Shown here piece after piece: positions 1 to 9,757 of a DNA stretch of 14,274 bases (position 1 is its first letter; every line of letters starts with the position of its first letter). This DNA comes from Spirulina sp. (lineage in GTDB: Bacteria > Cyanobacteriota > Cyanobacteriia > Phormidesmidales > Phormidesmidaceae). The stretch spans positions 1 to 14,274 of the forward strand of contig JBIPSI010000058.1 of NCBI GenBank assembly GCA_044070495.1, read 5' to 3'. The notes beneath the pieces were generated by a model that did no database searches, was not told the DNA's origin, and saw nothing but the letters and a program-made list of their open reading frames with translations. The position numbers and the translations under genes were made by a program.

Positions 1-130
1 CGCAAGTCCTTGGAGATCCCCCTAAATCCCCCTTAAAAAGGGGGACTTTGACTCCGGTTCCCCCCTTTTTAAGGGGGGCTAGGGGGGATCGATTCCCTGT
101 ATCGTCAAGGACTTATGTGTACTTAGTAGC
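1..130. repeat. Palindromic short dispersed repeat (REP/MITE-like), left end cut by the window edge
   Basis: Inner arms GATCCCCCTAAATCCCCCTTAAAAAGGGGG (15-44) and CCCCCCTTTTTAAGGGGGGCTAGGGGGGATC (60-90) are near-perfect reverse complements. Outer arms AAGTCCTTG (4-12) and CAAGGACTT (106-114) are perfect reverse complements. It resembles intergenic palindromes common in filamentous cyanobacteria (recalled, not searched). Confidence 0.8.
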
Positions 131-260
131 CCAGCTTGGGAGAAGGATTTAGGATGAGGGCAAAACTAAGCTAGATCACATTCCGCCCATAGGTTTCACC
201 TTCGTTCCACCTTGCCTTAGCCCACCTCCAGGGACAAAAGCAAGGTCTAATCGCCCAGTT

Positions 261-2693
261 CTACAGGGTGGGAAATTCAGACTCAGCGTCGTTGTTGTGT
301 CCCCAGTCTTGGGGCAGGAGGCGGGTGCCTTCCTCGGCGAGATCGGGATCCTCCGTCCGATCCGGATCCCCCTCTGGATCGAGATCAAAGAGCGGGATGG
401 GATTGGGCCAGAGCATTGAGTCCGCATCGAGGGGTCGGTCGTCGTAGGTTGATTGCAGATCCTGTTCCACCCCCTCTAGATCCTTCAGCGCGACCCAGGC
501 GGAGGGGTAGCGGTCGGTGAAGTTGTACCGCACCAGACGAGACAGCAAATCCGCCAGGGGGGCGGGGGTGTCGGGGGCGGCATAGCGCCAAATGATTTCG
601 CCCTTAGGATCGCGCTTCAGGGCGTAGGCCGGTAGACCCGTTAGGGCTTCGATGGCGGTGATGCCAAGGGCATAGAGATCGCTGGCAAACTTGGGCATCC
701 CGGCGGCCTGTTCGCTGGGCATGTAGCCCTGGGTGCCCACGCCCACGGTGGAGGTAAGGGGCGCATCGGCCTCGGCCAGCGGGTTTGAGATAGATTTAAC
801 GGCCCCAAAGTCAATCAACACCAGCCGACGATCTCGATAGCGACGAATAATATTCGAGGGCTTGATATCCCGGTGAATCACGCCCTGACTGTGGACAAAC
901 CCAATCACGGGCAGCAGATCCTTCAGCAGGTGCAGGGCGTAGATCGGAGATTGGGGCTGGCGCGAGGCTAGTTCCTCCCGCAGCAAGCGCCCCTCGATCA
1001 TTTCCTCCACGAGGTAAAAGGCGTTGTGGGCCTCAAAGTAGGCCAGCAGGCGGGGAATTTGGTCGTGGTGGCCGAGGCGTTCTAGGGTTTCTGCCTCGGC
1101 CAGAAAAAACCGCTGCCCCAACTGATGGGCCTTGGGGTCATCGCTGACGATGCGCAGCTGTTTGACCACGCAAATGGGCGATCCGGGGCGCTGGGTGTCC
1201 TGGGCCACATAGGTTTCGCCAAAGCCCCCCGATCCCAAAAGCCGGGTGATGCGATACCGATTGCCCAGCATCAGGCCAATCACCTCGGCCTCCCGACGCT
1301 TGATCAGGTCTTGCAGGTCTTCCTGCTGGCTGATGATCTCCTGCACAATGGGCGAGGTAACGTACTGCTCCAGGGTTTGACGCAGCCGTTGCTTCCGCAT
1401 CTGCTCGGTGACGATATCCGCCACCACGTAGATGCCGCCCATCACCATAAACCCCAGGATGGGCGCTCCCACGGGCAACAGGTAGCCCCCAATCGCAAAA
1501 CTGCCATAGCCGATCCAAAACCAGGCCGACCCCACCGCCACCGTCCAGCCGAGGCGGGCCACCGGACGATTAAACCGCCACAGCACTCCCCCAAACCCCA
1601 CCCCCAGGGCCAGCACCAGCGCCGCCCGCAGCCAAGGGGAGGTCAGTTGTTTTAGGGCTGTGCCCTGGCGCAGGTTCGCCAAGTCGTTGGCTAGGATTTC
1701 TACCCCAGCCATCGGCTCTGGGGATAGCAGGGTTTGGGAAAAGGGGGCCGGGTGAAAGTCTTGAAAGGACTTGGCCGTCGCCCCAATCAGCACAATTTTG
1801 TCCTTAAAAAACTCGCCGTTATGGAGATGGTTGGCCCAGGGGTCGGGGTCGAGCACCGTCCAAAAGGGCAGGTGCTGAAAGGTGTAGGCTGGCCCGTAAA
1901 ACCGCACAAAGTCTCCCCGACGAGGCGGATGGCTAATCTGGGCCGCTCGCAGAGTCGCCTCCGTGAAGGTGTCGATCTCCTGTTCGGCCTCACCCCATGG
2001 GCTGGTGGGCGCGATGGCCTCTCGCCATTGCCGTTGATCGTTGAGGTAGGCCCGTCCGTGACGATGGATGCGACCATCGATTTCCACGGGTGAATTGATG
2101 CTACCGACCCCCACCAGGGTCTCTAAAAACCGGGGCAGGGGCAGCAGTAGCCGATCCATGGTGCCCTGGCGCAGGTCGCTATCATCGAAGTTGGCGGCCA
2201 GCACCACCCGTTCTCCCCAGCGTTCTAGGGCCGCCTGGAGGGCGTCGTCGTCGGCAGGGCCATAGCCGCTGTCGGCCAAAAACAAGATATCCAGGGCCAC
2301 CGCCTTGGCCCCCGCCGCCATCAGTCGGTCAATGGCGAGGGCGTAGGCGCGGCGTTCCCAGGGGGTGGTGGCAATGGGGGCGAGGGCCGCATACTGTTCC
2401 GGGTCGCTGCGGTAATATTCCGCCTGGGCCAAGGATTCATCGTCGATGGCCAGAATCACAATGTCTGACGGCGCAGGACGAGGGCCACGCATATCGAAAA
2501 AGAGGGTTTGAAGCTGGCGATCCAGCAGTTGGGCTGCCGGAGAGTCGGTGGCCACGTGAACCGCCACAAAACCCAGCCACAACCCCGCCAAGGAAACCTT
2601 AATCCAGCCCTTCCGCATCTGGCGCTGAAGCCAACCCCTAACCTGGGTTTGGGTGTTGAGGAGTGAGGTCGTGCCGTTGGAAGCAGGGGGCAT
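261..2693 (-). CDS. CHASE2 sensor domain, membrane-anchored Hanks-type Ser/Thr protein kinase
   Basis: N-terminal TM, CHASE2 motifs (IVILAIDDESL, PWERRAYALAIDRL, VALDILF, FKDKIVLIG, GVEILAN), three TM helices, then a complete kinase domain (LGSGGFGETY, VVKQL, HRDIKPSN, DFG, GTQGYMPSEQ, SDLYALG). Start placed at ATG 2693; the ORF is open to 2741 and ATG 2619 is an alternative. Confidence 0.93.
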   Translation of the reverse strand: MPPASNGTTSLLNTQTQVRGWLQRQMRKGWIKVSLAGLWLGFVAVHVATDSPAAQLLDRQLQTLFFDMRGPRPAPSDIVILAIDDESLAQAEYYRSDPEQYAALAPIATTPWERRAYALAIDRLMAAGAKAVALDILFLADSGYGPADDDALQAALERWGERVVLAANFDDSDLRQGTMDRLLLPLPRFLETLVGVGSINSPVEIDGRIHRHGRAYLNDQRQWREAIAPTSPWGEAEQEIDTFTEATLRAAQISHPPRRGDFVRFYGPAYTFQHLPFWTVLDPDPWANHLHNGEFFKDKIVLIGATAKSFQDFHPAPFSQTLLSPEPMAGVEILANDLANLRQGTALKQLTSPWLRAALVLALGVGFGGVLWRFNRPVARLGWTVAVGSAWFWIGYGSFAIGGYLLPVGAPILGFMVMGGIYVVADIVTEQMRKQRLRQTLEQYVTSPIVQEIISQQEDLQDLIKRREAEVIGLMLGNRYRITRLLGSGGFGETYVAQDTQRPGSPICVVKQLRIVSDDPKAHQLGQRFFLAEAETLERLGHHDQIPRLLAYFEAHNAFYLVEEMIEGRLLREELASRQPQSPIYALHLLKDLLPVIGFVHSQGVIHRDIKPSNIIRRYRDRRLVLIDFGAVKSISNPLAEADAPLTSTVGVGTQGYMPSEQAAGMPKFASDLYALGITAIEALTGLPAYALKRDPKGEIIWRYAAPDTPAPLADLLSRLVRYNFTDRYPSAWVALKDLEGVEQDLQSTYDDRPLDADSMLWPNPIPLFDLDPEGDPDRTEDPDLAEEGTRLLPQDWGHNNDAESEFPTL

Positions 2694-2808
2694 GGGCCAA
2701 ACGTTAAAGGGGCCAAGAACTCCGTGGATCAAGCATCCCAACCAACCATGGGCAGGATTGGTGAGATCTGAACAAGACGCTATCCCTGATTAAGCCTGGA
2801 GGGGATGA

Positions 2809-2814
2809 ATTATA
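2809..2814 (-). promoter_or_regulatory. Candidate -10 box (TATAAT) for the kinase gene
   Basis: The + strand ATTATA reads as a perfect TATAAT on the - strand, about 115 bp upstream of ATG 2693, in an otherwise GC-rich divergent intergenic region. Confidence 0.45.
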
Positions 2815-2881
2815 CCTAGGCCATCGCCCCAGTCGCTATCAGGATAACGAAAAGTGGGACGACTCAGGACGATCAGCGGGT

Positions 2882-2890
2882 TGGTAAGAT
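2882..2890 (+). promoter_or_regulatory. Candidate extended -10 box (TGnTAAGAT) for the TetR gene
   Basis: TGGTAAGAT about 130 bp upstream of GTG 3019; motif match only. Confidence 0.35.
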
Positions 2891-3018
2891 AAAAGGATCA
2901 GGGCAGGTAGGGCGACAACAACCCATCTGGGGCCATTGGGGCCGCCTGGATGAAGGATTCACCTCGCCCCTAGGATTGCGCTAACGCTAGGCCGAACAGC
3001 GGCGGGAGAACATGACGG

Positions 3019-3624
3019 GTGGGCCAGGACGCGGAGCTAAACGACAAAGCCATTCAAATTCTCAAGGGAGCCATGCAGGAATTTCTCCACTATGGCTATG
3101 CGGGTACCAGCATGGATCGGGTGGCGGCCACCGCTGGCGTATCCAAACCCACGGTCTACAGCTATTTTCACGATAAAGAAGGATTGTTCCAGTCCCTAGT
3201 GAAATACGTGGCCCAAACCCGCTGCCAGGAGGTGATGGGGGGAAACGTCCTGCACGGGCCACCAGCGGTCGTCCTGCGCCAGGTGATTACCAAGGCGATC
3301 AGCAGTGAACGGCAGGATGTGGATTATCAAAACTTTGTGCGCCTTGTCGCCGGGGAGTCGGCTCGGTTTCCCCATTTGGCCCAGTCCTTTGTCGAAAACC
3401 TCACCAAACCCGCCATTGAGGAACTGGCGGCCTACCTCAAGGATCACCCCGAACTACACCTAACCGACACCGAGGCCACCGCCCACATTCTGCTAGGATC
3501 AACGGTTTTCTACATCCTTTCCCAACACATCATGCACGGCCACACCGTTCTGCCCCTAGAGTCCCAACGGCTGGTGGATAGCTTGGTAGACCTAGTGACC
3601 CGTTCGACTCCGGCCCAGCCCTAG
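3019..3624 (+). CDS. TetR/AcrR family transcriptional regulator
   Basis: N-terminal HTH ILKGAMQEFLHYGYAGTSMDRVAATAGVSKPTVYSYFHDKEGLF; C-terminal RLVAGESARFPHLA typical of this TetR subgroup; GGAGA RBS before the GTG start. Confidence 0.95.
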   Translation: MGQDAELNDKAIQILKGAMQEFLHYGYAGTSMDRVAATAGVSKPTVYSYFHDKEGLFQSLVKYVAQTRCQEVMGGNVLHGPPAVVLRQVITKAISSERQDVDYQNFVRLVAGESARFPHLAQSFVENLTKPAIEELAAYLKDHPELHLTDTEATAHILLGSTVFYILSQHIMHGHTVLPLESQRLVDSLVDLVTRSTPAQP

Positions 3625-3803
3625 GGGAGGAAGGGTGCTCCGTCGTCCCTCGTCCCACCCAGGCTACCGCCCACGATCTGGCCCCAGACTCCTGACCAGC
3701 GTCATTCTGGCCCTAGGGTCGGCGACCGCTCACTGGGGCATCGCCTATCCTGGGGTCAGAAATGCCGCTAAGATGAAGGACGCTCCTCTATGCCCCTTGC
3801 ACC

Positions 3804-4535
3804 ATGGCTGGCGAAAAACTCTACGAAGGCAAAGCCAAAATTATTTACACCACCGACGACCCAGCGGTGCTGTTGACCTACTTTAAAGACGATGCCACCG
3901 CCTTTAATGCCCAAAAGCGGGGGCAAATTACCGACAAGGGCAAGATTAACTGCGCCATTTCCACCTATCTCTTCCAGCAACTCGAGGCGGCGGGGGTTTC
4001 CACCCACTGGATCGAAACCATCAGTGATCGCGAGATGCGGGTGAAGGCGCTGACCATCATTCCCCTAGAGGTGGTGGTGCGCAATGTGGCCGCCGGAAGC
4101 CTCTGCCGTCAGACGGGGTTGCCCCTAGGCCAGCCCCTCACCCCGCCCCTGGTGGAGTTTTACTATAAAAACGATGACCTCGGCGACCCGTTGCTCACCC
4201 CCGACCGGATGCGGGTGATGAACCTGGCCACTGAGGAACAGCTTGACACCCTGCGGCGTCAAGCTGAACACATCAACCACATTTTGACGGACTTCTTTGC
4301 TAGCTGCGCCATTACCCTGGTGGACTTCAAGCTGGAGTTTGGCCTAGATGCCCAGCAGACCATTTTGCTGGGGGATGAAATCAGCCCCGATACCTGCCGC
4401 CTGTGGGATCAATCCACCGAAGATGAAACCCAGCGGGTGATGGATAAGGATCGATTTCGCCAGGATCTCGGCCAAATTGAGCAAGCCTACCAGCGTGTGC
4501 TAGAGCGAGTAATGGCACAGGCCCGCCAACATTGA
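3804..4535 (+). CDS. purC: Phosphoribosylaminoimidazole-succinocarboxamide (SAICAR) synthase
   Basis: LYEGKAKIIY, FKDDATAFNA, IPLEVVVRNVAAGS, LVDFKLEFG, DEISPDTCRLWD and DKDRFR motifs. Confidence 0.98.
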   Translation: MAGEKLYEGKAKIIYTTDDPAVLLTYFKDDATAFNAQKRGQITDKGKINCAISTYLFQQLEAAGVSTHWIETISDREMRVKALTIIPLEVVVRNVAAGSLCRQTGLPLGQPLTPPLVEFYYKNDDLGDPLLTPDRMRVMNLATEEQLDTLRRQAEHINHILTDFFASCAITLVDFKLEFGLDAQQTILLGDEISPDTCRLWDQSTEDETQRVMDKDRFRQDLGQIEQAYQRVLERVMAQARQH

Positions 4536-4632
4536 AATCCATCAATGCGGTAGAATTTGTCCGACCATGAGGGTCTACTTGCCCCAGGGCAAAGGTATCT
4601 ATGCCCTAATTCGCGGCCAAAGGCCGGATTAG

Positions 4633-4649
4633 GGGGTGTGGTGTGTGGA
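4633..4649 (+). promoter_or_regulatory. Candidate Yfr1 sRNA binding site in the bamA 5' UTR
   Basis: GGGGTGTGGTGTGTGGA matches, at 15 of 17 positions, the reverse complement of the Yfr1 loop as I recall it (UCCUCACACCACACUCC); one difference still allows G:U pairing. Confidence 0.6.
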
Positions 4650-4671
4650 TGTCGTTAACAGGTGTGTTTGG

Positions 4672-7200
4672 ATGCAGGTATCTCCTAGGTTTTTAGCGCT
4701 TCTGGCGGCTTCCGGGCTAGTGGGGTTGTCCGCCTCGTCGGCCCAGGCGAATCCCATTCTCCCGGAGGCCACCGCCGTTGATGCCAGTCAGGGTGAGGTC
4801 TTGCCCCTAGAGGCGTTGTCCGCCGAGGCCCTAATGCCCGCCGTACCCACTCCAGATGCTATGGCCCCGTCGGTTTCGACGCCCTTCGCCGCCACTTCCG
4901 TCAGCGAAGCCTCGTTCCAACCCAGCGCCTTTAGCCCCACTGAGCCTGCGCCCCGTCCAGCCGTACCGGACACCGACACCACCGATACTGAGATCACCAG
5001 TACCGAGGCCACCGATAGGGTATTGCCCGTGGGGATGTCCGAGGTTACCACCCTGATCCCCGTCAGCACGGTTCCTGAAGATGTGCAAGCGGTGGTGGAT
5101 CAATACCGGCCTGAAACCGCTGTGGATGTGCTGGCCGAGTATCCCCAGCCCACCCTTGATCTCACCCTCAGCCCTAGTTTGCAGGGCCTCTCCACCCCAT
5201 CGGAGACCGTTGCCGACGGCACCCCCCTCAGCCAATCTGGCCCCCGCGAGATTAGCCCCGACGAGGCCCAGCGCATTTTAGACGGGGCCGTGGAACGCCG
5301 CAATCAGCCCCAGGGAATGCCCCAAGCCTCCCCCGATGAAGCGGGCGACGAAACAGGGCAAGAATCCACCCCCGCTACCCCCGCAGCACCGGCCACCCCC
5401 GCCCCTGCTGCCACCGAGCCGGAAGAACCCAGGGTGCTAGTGGCCGAGGTGGTCGTAGAGGCTCCTGAGGGCAATGATCTGTCTCCGGATTTAGTGAACC
5501 TCATCTACAGCGTGGTCGAAACCCGAGCCGGACGCACCACTACCCGCACCCAGCTTCAGGAGGACATCAACAGCATTTTTGCCACGGGTTTCTTTGCCGA
5601 TGTGGATGCCCGCCCCGAAGATACCGACCTGGGCGTGCGCGTCACCTTTTTGGCCCAGCCCAACCCCGTATTAACCGACGTTCGAGTGACGGGGAATGAG
5701 GTGCTACCCCAGACGGTGGTGGACGAGATTTTTGCCGAACAAAAGGGTGAAATCATCAATCTGCTCGATTTCCAGGACGGTATTCTAGAGCTGAATCAGT
5801 GGTATCAAAACAACGGCTATGTCCTCGCCCAGGTGGTGGCGGCTCCCCGGGTTTCGGAGGAAGGGGTGGTGACCCTGGAGGTGGCCGAGGGCGTGGTGGA
5901 AACCATTGAGGTGCGCTTCTTCAACGACCAGGGGGAGTCGGTGGATGAAGAGGGTAATCCCCTGCAAGGCCGCACCCACGACCACATTATTACCCGTGAG
6001 TTCCAGACCCAGCCGGGGGATGTGTTCAACCAGTCCCAAATCGAGCGCGACTTCCAGCGGGTGTTTGGCCTGCAAATTTTTGAGGATGTGACGCCGGGGC
6101 TAGAACCGGGTGACGACGATCCGCGCCAGGTGAAGCTGATCGTCAACGTCACCGAACGCAGCACTGGATCGGTGGCGGCGGGTCTGGGCTTCAACTTCAC
6201 GGGCGACATTTTTGGTACGGTCAGCTACCGCCAGGACAACTTTGGTGGCAACAATCAAAAGCTCACCGCCGAAGCCCAGCTCAGCACGCGGGATTTACTG
6301 TTTGATGTGTCCTTTACCGACCCCTGGATCGCCGGGGATCCTTTCCGGACCTCCTATACCGCCACAGCCTTTGCCCGTCGCGCCATCAACCTCAACTTTG
6401 ACGGTGGCCCGAACCCCATCGACCTCGCGAACGGGGATCGGGTAAGGATTCGACGGCTGGGCACCGGGGTCACCTTTAGCCGTCCCCTCGATAGCGGCTG
6501 GACAGTGGCGGTGGGGACGCGGGCCCAGTTGATTTCGGCCCGTGATGCCGATGGGGTGGTAAATACGGTGGATGCGGCGGGTAACCCCCTTACCCTTAGC
6601 GGTACCGGCACGGATCTGCTGTGGACCTTCCCCATCACCGCTACCCTAGATCGCCGCAACGATCCCTTCAACCCCACCAGCGGCAGCATCCTGCGTCTCA
6701 ACAGCGAGCAGTCGATCCCCCTGGGGCAGGGCAGCATCTTCATGAATCGGCTCCAGGGCAGCTACAGCCAATACATTCCGGTCAACTGGCTGCGCTTTAA
6801 CGACGGCCCCCAGGCCCTCGCCTTCAACCTGCAACTAGGCACCATCCTAGGCGATGCTCCCCCCTACGAGGCCTTTGCCCTGGGCGGTACCAACTCCATT
6901 CGGGGCTACGAAGAAGGGGAGGTGGGCGGGGGCCGTAGCTATGCCCAGTTCACGGCGGAGTACCGCTTCCCGCTGTTCTCCTTTCTGGGCGGGGCGCTGT
7001 TCTTTGATGCCGGGTCTGACCTGGGCAGCGGTCGCGCCATTATCGGAGCACCGGGGCCTTCGCGGGGCAAACCCGGTAGCGGCTTTGGCTACGGGCTAGG
7101 GGCGAGGGTACAAACCCCCCTCGGCCCCCTGCGCATCGACTATGGCTTTAACGACGAAGGGCAAGGCCGCATCCACTTTGGTATTGGGGAGCGGTTCTAA
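4672..7200 (+). CDS. bamA: Omp85/BamA outer-membrane beta-barrel assembly protein
   Basis: Signal peptide [26 protein letters not shown], long P/A/T/E-rich region, three POTRA-like repeats ([47 protein letters not shown]), barrel with [10 protein letters not shown] and C-terminal [10 protein letters not shown]. Start moved to ATG 4672 because it gives a clean signal peptide. Confidence 0.95.
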   Translation: MQVSPRFLALLAASGLVGLSASSAQANPILPEATAVDASQGEVLPLEALSAEALMPAVPTPDAMAPSVSTPFAATSVSEASFQPSAFSPTEPAPRPAVPDTDTTDTEITSTEATDRVLPVGMSEVTTLIPVSTVPEDVQAVVDQYRPETAVDVLAEYPQPTLDLTLSPSLQGLSTPSETVADGTPLSQSGPREISPDEAQRILDGAVERRNQPQGMPQASPDEAGDETGQESTPATPAAPATPAPAATEPEEPRVLVAEVVVEAPEGNDLSPDLVNLIYSVVETRAGRTTTRTQLQEDINSIFATGFFADVDARPEDTDLGVRVTFLAQPNPVLTDVRVTGNEVLPQTVVDEIFAEQKGEIINLLDFQDGILELNQWYQNNGYVLAQVVAAPRVSEEGVVTLEVAEGVVETIEVRFFNDQGESVDEEGNPLQGRTHDHIITREFQTQPGDVFNQSQIERDFQRVFGLQIFEDVTPGLEPGDDDPRQVKLIVNVTERSTGSVAAGLGFNFTGDIFGTVSYRQDNFGGNNQKLTAEAQLSTRDLLFDVSFTDPWIAGDPFRTSYTATAFARRAINLNFDGGPNPIDLANGDRVRIRRLGTGVTFSRPLDSGWTVAVGTRAQLISARDADGVVNTVDAAGNPLTLSGTGTDLLWTFPITATLDRRNDPFNPTSGSILRLNSEQSIPLGQGSIFMNRLQGSYSQYIPVNWLRFNDGPQALAFNLQLGTILGDAPPYEAFALGGTNSIRGYEEGEVGGGRSYAQFTAEYRFPLFSFLGGALFFDAGSDLGSGRAIIGAPGPSRGKPGSGFGYGLGARVQTPLGPLRIDYGFNDEGQGRIHFGIGERF

Positions 7201-8114
7201 TGGTGAGCACAAATCCCCCTCAACCTCAAACCGAGACCCGGACAAAGCTTGGATCGACGGCTAGCCCCCAGGAAGCCCGTCAGGCCACCCTGGCCACAGA
7301 GGTGCAGCGGCGGGGAGTGGGGTTGCATTCTGGCGCAATGGCTACGGTAACCCTGCGGCCTGCCCCAGCTCAAACGGGGAGGGTGCTGGTGCGAACGGAT
7401 CTGCCCGGACAGCCCCAGATTCCGGCCCAGTTGGCGAGGGTGGATCAAACCATCCTCTCCACCGAACTGCGCCAGGGAGAAGCCACCGTGCGCACCGTAG
7501 AACACCTGCTGGCGGCACTCGTAGGCTTTGGGGTGGATAACCTCTACATTGACATTGACGGCCCGGAAGTGCCCCTGCTAGACGGATCGGCCCTGGGCTG
7601 GGTAGAGGCGATTCGGGAGGCGGGGATTGAGTCCCAGGATCAACCCGTTGTTCCGCCGACCCTAGCCCATCCCATCACCCTCCAGCAGGGAGATGCCTGG
7701 ATTGCCGCCTTCCCATCGGAGTCCCCCCGCCTCACCTATGGCATTGATTTTGAGGTGGCCGCCATTGGCCACCAGTGGTTTAGCTGGCAGCCCACCGCCG
7801 ATCCCTTGGCCCTAGAGGGGTTTGCCGTCGCCATCGCCCCGGCCCGCACCTTTGGCCTAGCCCACCAGATCGAGGCTCTCCAGCAGCAGGGGTTGATCAA
7901 GGGAGGTAGCCTAGACAACGCCCTGGTGTGCAGCCAGGAGGGCTGGGTGAACCCACCCCTGAGGTTCGAGCAGGAGCCCGTGCGCCACAAACTGCTGGAT
8001 TTAATTGGGGATTTGGGTCTTTTGGGACGCTTGCCCCAGGCCCATGTCGTGGCCTACAAGGCCAGCCACCGTCTCCATGTTGCCCTCGCCCAGGCGATCC
8101 AGGGATCGGCCTAG
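7200..8114 (+). CDS. lpxC: UDP-3-O-acyl-N-acetylglucosamine deacetylase
   Basis: [43 protein letters not shown] and zinc motif [10 protein letters not shown]. The start overlaps the bamA stop (TAATG), suggesting translational coupling. Confidence 0.97.
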   Translation: MVSTNPPQPQTETRTKLGSTASPQEARQATLATEVQRRGVGLHSGAMATVTLRPAPAQTGRVLVRTDLPGQPQIPAQLARVDQTILSTELRQGEATVRTVEHLLAALVGFGVDNLYIDIDGPEVPLLDGSALGWVEAIREAGIESQDQPVVPPTLAHPITLQQGDAWIAAFPSESPRLTYGIDFEVAAIGHQWFSWQPTADPLALEGFAVAIAPARTFGLAHQIEALQQQGLIKGGSLDNALVCSQEGWVNPPLRFEQEPVRHKLLDLIGDLGLLGRLPQAHVVAYKASHRLHVALAQAIQGSA

Positions 8115-8256
8115 GGATGTCCCCCAGGGGCGGTATAGTGACAGAATTAAACAGTCTTGAAAGGCTGTAGGCCCGCTTAGCGCACCTCCCAGATCCCACG
8201 GGAGCGGTTGACTAGAAGCAGGTCTCTTTGCAGATTAGGAGCATATCGACACCACC

Positions 8257-8787
8257 GTGATTGAAGCCACTTCCCCTAGCCCCCTCACCGCCATTCCCAA
8301 CGGCAGCGACGCCCCTGGGGCGGAGAACCCAGATCAGGCCCCGCCCGTCATTAAAACCACCTACACCACCGAAGAAATTCAGGCGCTGTTACCCCATCGC
8401 TATCCCTTCGCCCTGGTGGATCGCATTATCGACTACGTGCCGGGGAAACGGGCCACGGGCATTAAAAACGTCACCTTCAACGAGCCCCATTTCCAGGGCC
8501 ATTTTCCAGGTCGGCCTCTGATGCCGGGGGTGATGATCGTAGAAGCCATGGCCCAAGTGGGGGGCATTGTGCTCACCCAAATTGATGGAGTAGACGGGCT
8601 GTGCGTGTTTGCGGGGATCGATAAGGTGCGGTTTCGCCGTCCCGTGGTTCCCGGCGATCAGCTGATCATGACCGTGGAACTGCTCGCCATCAAGCGAATG
8701 CGGTTTGGCAAAATGGCGGGCCGAGCGGAGGTAGACGGCCAGCTGACCTGCGAGGGAGAGCTGATGTTCTCCGTGGTGGATCGTTAG
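8257..8787 (+). CDS. fabZ: 3-hydroxyacyl-ACP dehydratase
   Basis: [43 protein letters not shown] and [11 protein letters not shown] motifs; short P-rich N-terminal extension, so the start is uncertain. Confidence 0.97.
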   Translation: MIEATSPSPLTAIPNGSDAPGAENPDQAPPVIKTTYTTEEIQALLPHRYPFALVDRIIDYVPGKRATGIKNVTFNEPHFQGHFPGRPLMPGVMIVEAMAQVGGIVLTQIDGVDGLCVFAGIDKVRFRRPVVPGDQLIMTVELLAIKRMRFGKMAGRAEVDGQLTCEGELMFSVVDR

Positions 8788-8916
8788 CATGGTTCCTGTC
8801 CAGCGGTTTTTCCTCAGTCATCGATTGACACCGCTGGGGACAATCGCCCATCCATCTAGCCCCATCGATTTGGACTGATGTGTGTATCTCAAGCGCTGGC
8901 TTCTGGAGGCAAGTCG

Positions 8917-9756
8917 TTGACTACTACTCTGATTCATCCCACCGCCGTTATCCATAGCGGGGCCAGCCTCCATCCTACGGTGAAGGTGGGTCCCTACGCG
9001 GTGATTGGCGAACAGGTGACCATTGGCCCCGACACCACCATTGGAGCCCATGTGGTGATCGACGGCCACACCACCATTGGAGCCCATAACCGTATTTTCC
9101 CTGGGGCTGCCATTGGCCTAGAACCCCAGGATCTGAAGTATGCCGGGGCCGTCACCCAGGTGGAGATTGGCGACCATAACCTGATCCGTGAGTGCGTCAC
9201 CATCAACCGCCCCACCACGGAGGATGCGGTCACCCGCCTCGGCAGCTATAACCTGCTGATGGCCTACTCCCACGTGGCCCACAACTGCATCGTGGAAGAT
9301 CAGGTGGTGATTGCCAATTCCGTGGCCCTGGCTGGGCATGTCTATGTCGAGTCCTGGGCGCGGATCAGTGGCCTAGTCGGGGTGCATCAGTTCGTCCACA
9401 TTGGCCGCTATGCCTACATTGGTGGCCTCAGCCGCATCGACCGCGATGTGCCTCCCTTCACGATGGTGAACGGCAATCCGGCCCTAGTGCGGGGGCTGAA
9501 CCAGGTGGGCTTGCAGCGGGCCGGGCTGGCGGATCAAAACGACGGCCAAGACTATCGCCAACTGAAGCAGGCCTACCGCATGGTCTATCGGTCGGGCACC
9601 TCCCTCAGCGAGGCCCTCAGCCAGCTAGAACCCTGGCATAGCAACGACCTGGTGCGCCACTTTAGCCAATTCCTGCGCGACTCCTCCCAGCAGCCCAACC
9701 GCCGAGGCCCCACCCCCAGCCGTAAGCGCCCTAGCCGTTCCGCAGAGGCAGACTAG
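8917..9756 (+). CDS. lpxA: Acyl-ACP--UDP-N-acetylglucosamine O-acyltransferase
   Basis: IHPTAVI, hexapeptide repeats, PQDLKY, IRECVTINR, MAYSHVAHNC, VHQFVHIG and DVPPF motifs. Start placed at TTG 8917, 7 nt after GGAGG (8905-8909); the ORF is open from 8878. Confidence 0.96.
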   Translation: MTTTLIHPTAVIHSGASLHPTVKVGPYAVIGEQVTIGPDTTIGAHVVIDGHTTIGAHNRIFPGAAIGLEPQDLKYAGAVTQVEIGDHNLIRECVTINRPTTEDAVTRLGSYNLLMAYSHVAHNCIVEDQVVIANSVALAGHVYVESWARISGLVGVHQFVHIGRYAYIGGLSRIDRDVPPFTMVNGNPALVRGLNQVGLQRAGLADQNDGQDYRQLKQAYRMVYRSGTSLSEALSQLEPWHSNDLVRHFSQFLRDSSQQPNRRGPTPSRKRPSRSAEAD

Positions 9757-9757
9757 G

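Noticed and set aside
241..251. CAAGGTCTAAT also present at 13465-13475
   Set aside because: An 11-bp match is expected by chance many times in 14 kb and does not extend.
338..386. Dense run of GATC-containing short repeats
   Set aside because: It simply encodes the acidic kinase tail DLDPEGDPDRTEDPDL and has no regular repeat-spacer structure.
2651..2666. Minus-strand TCACTCCTCAACACCC resembling the Yfr1 motif
   Set aside because: It has an extra base in the conserved core, lacks the flanking hairpins of Yfr1, and lies in the kinase N-terminal coding region.
3635..3886. 83-aa ORF between tetR and purC
   Set aside because: It overlaps purC out of frame and has no recognisable motif.
4636..4671. 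N-terminal extension MWCVDVVNRCVW of BamA
   Set aside because: It would precede an otherwise clean signal peptide and is better explained as 5' UTR.
4750..5430. Long low-complexity P/A/T/E region in BamA, considered as a fused domain or insertion
   Set aside because: A Pro-rich disordered N-terminus before three POTRA domains is a known trait of cyanobacterial Omp85.
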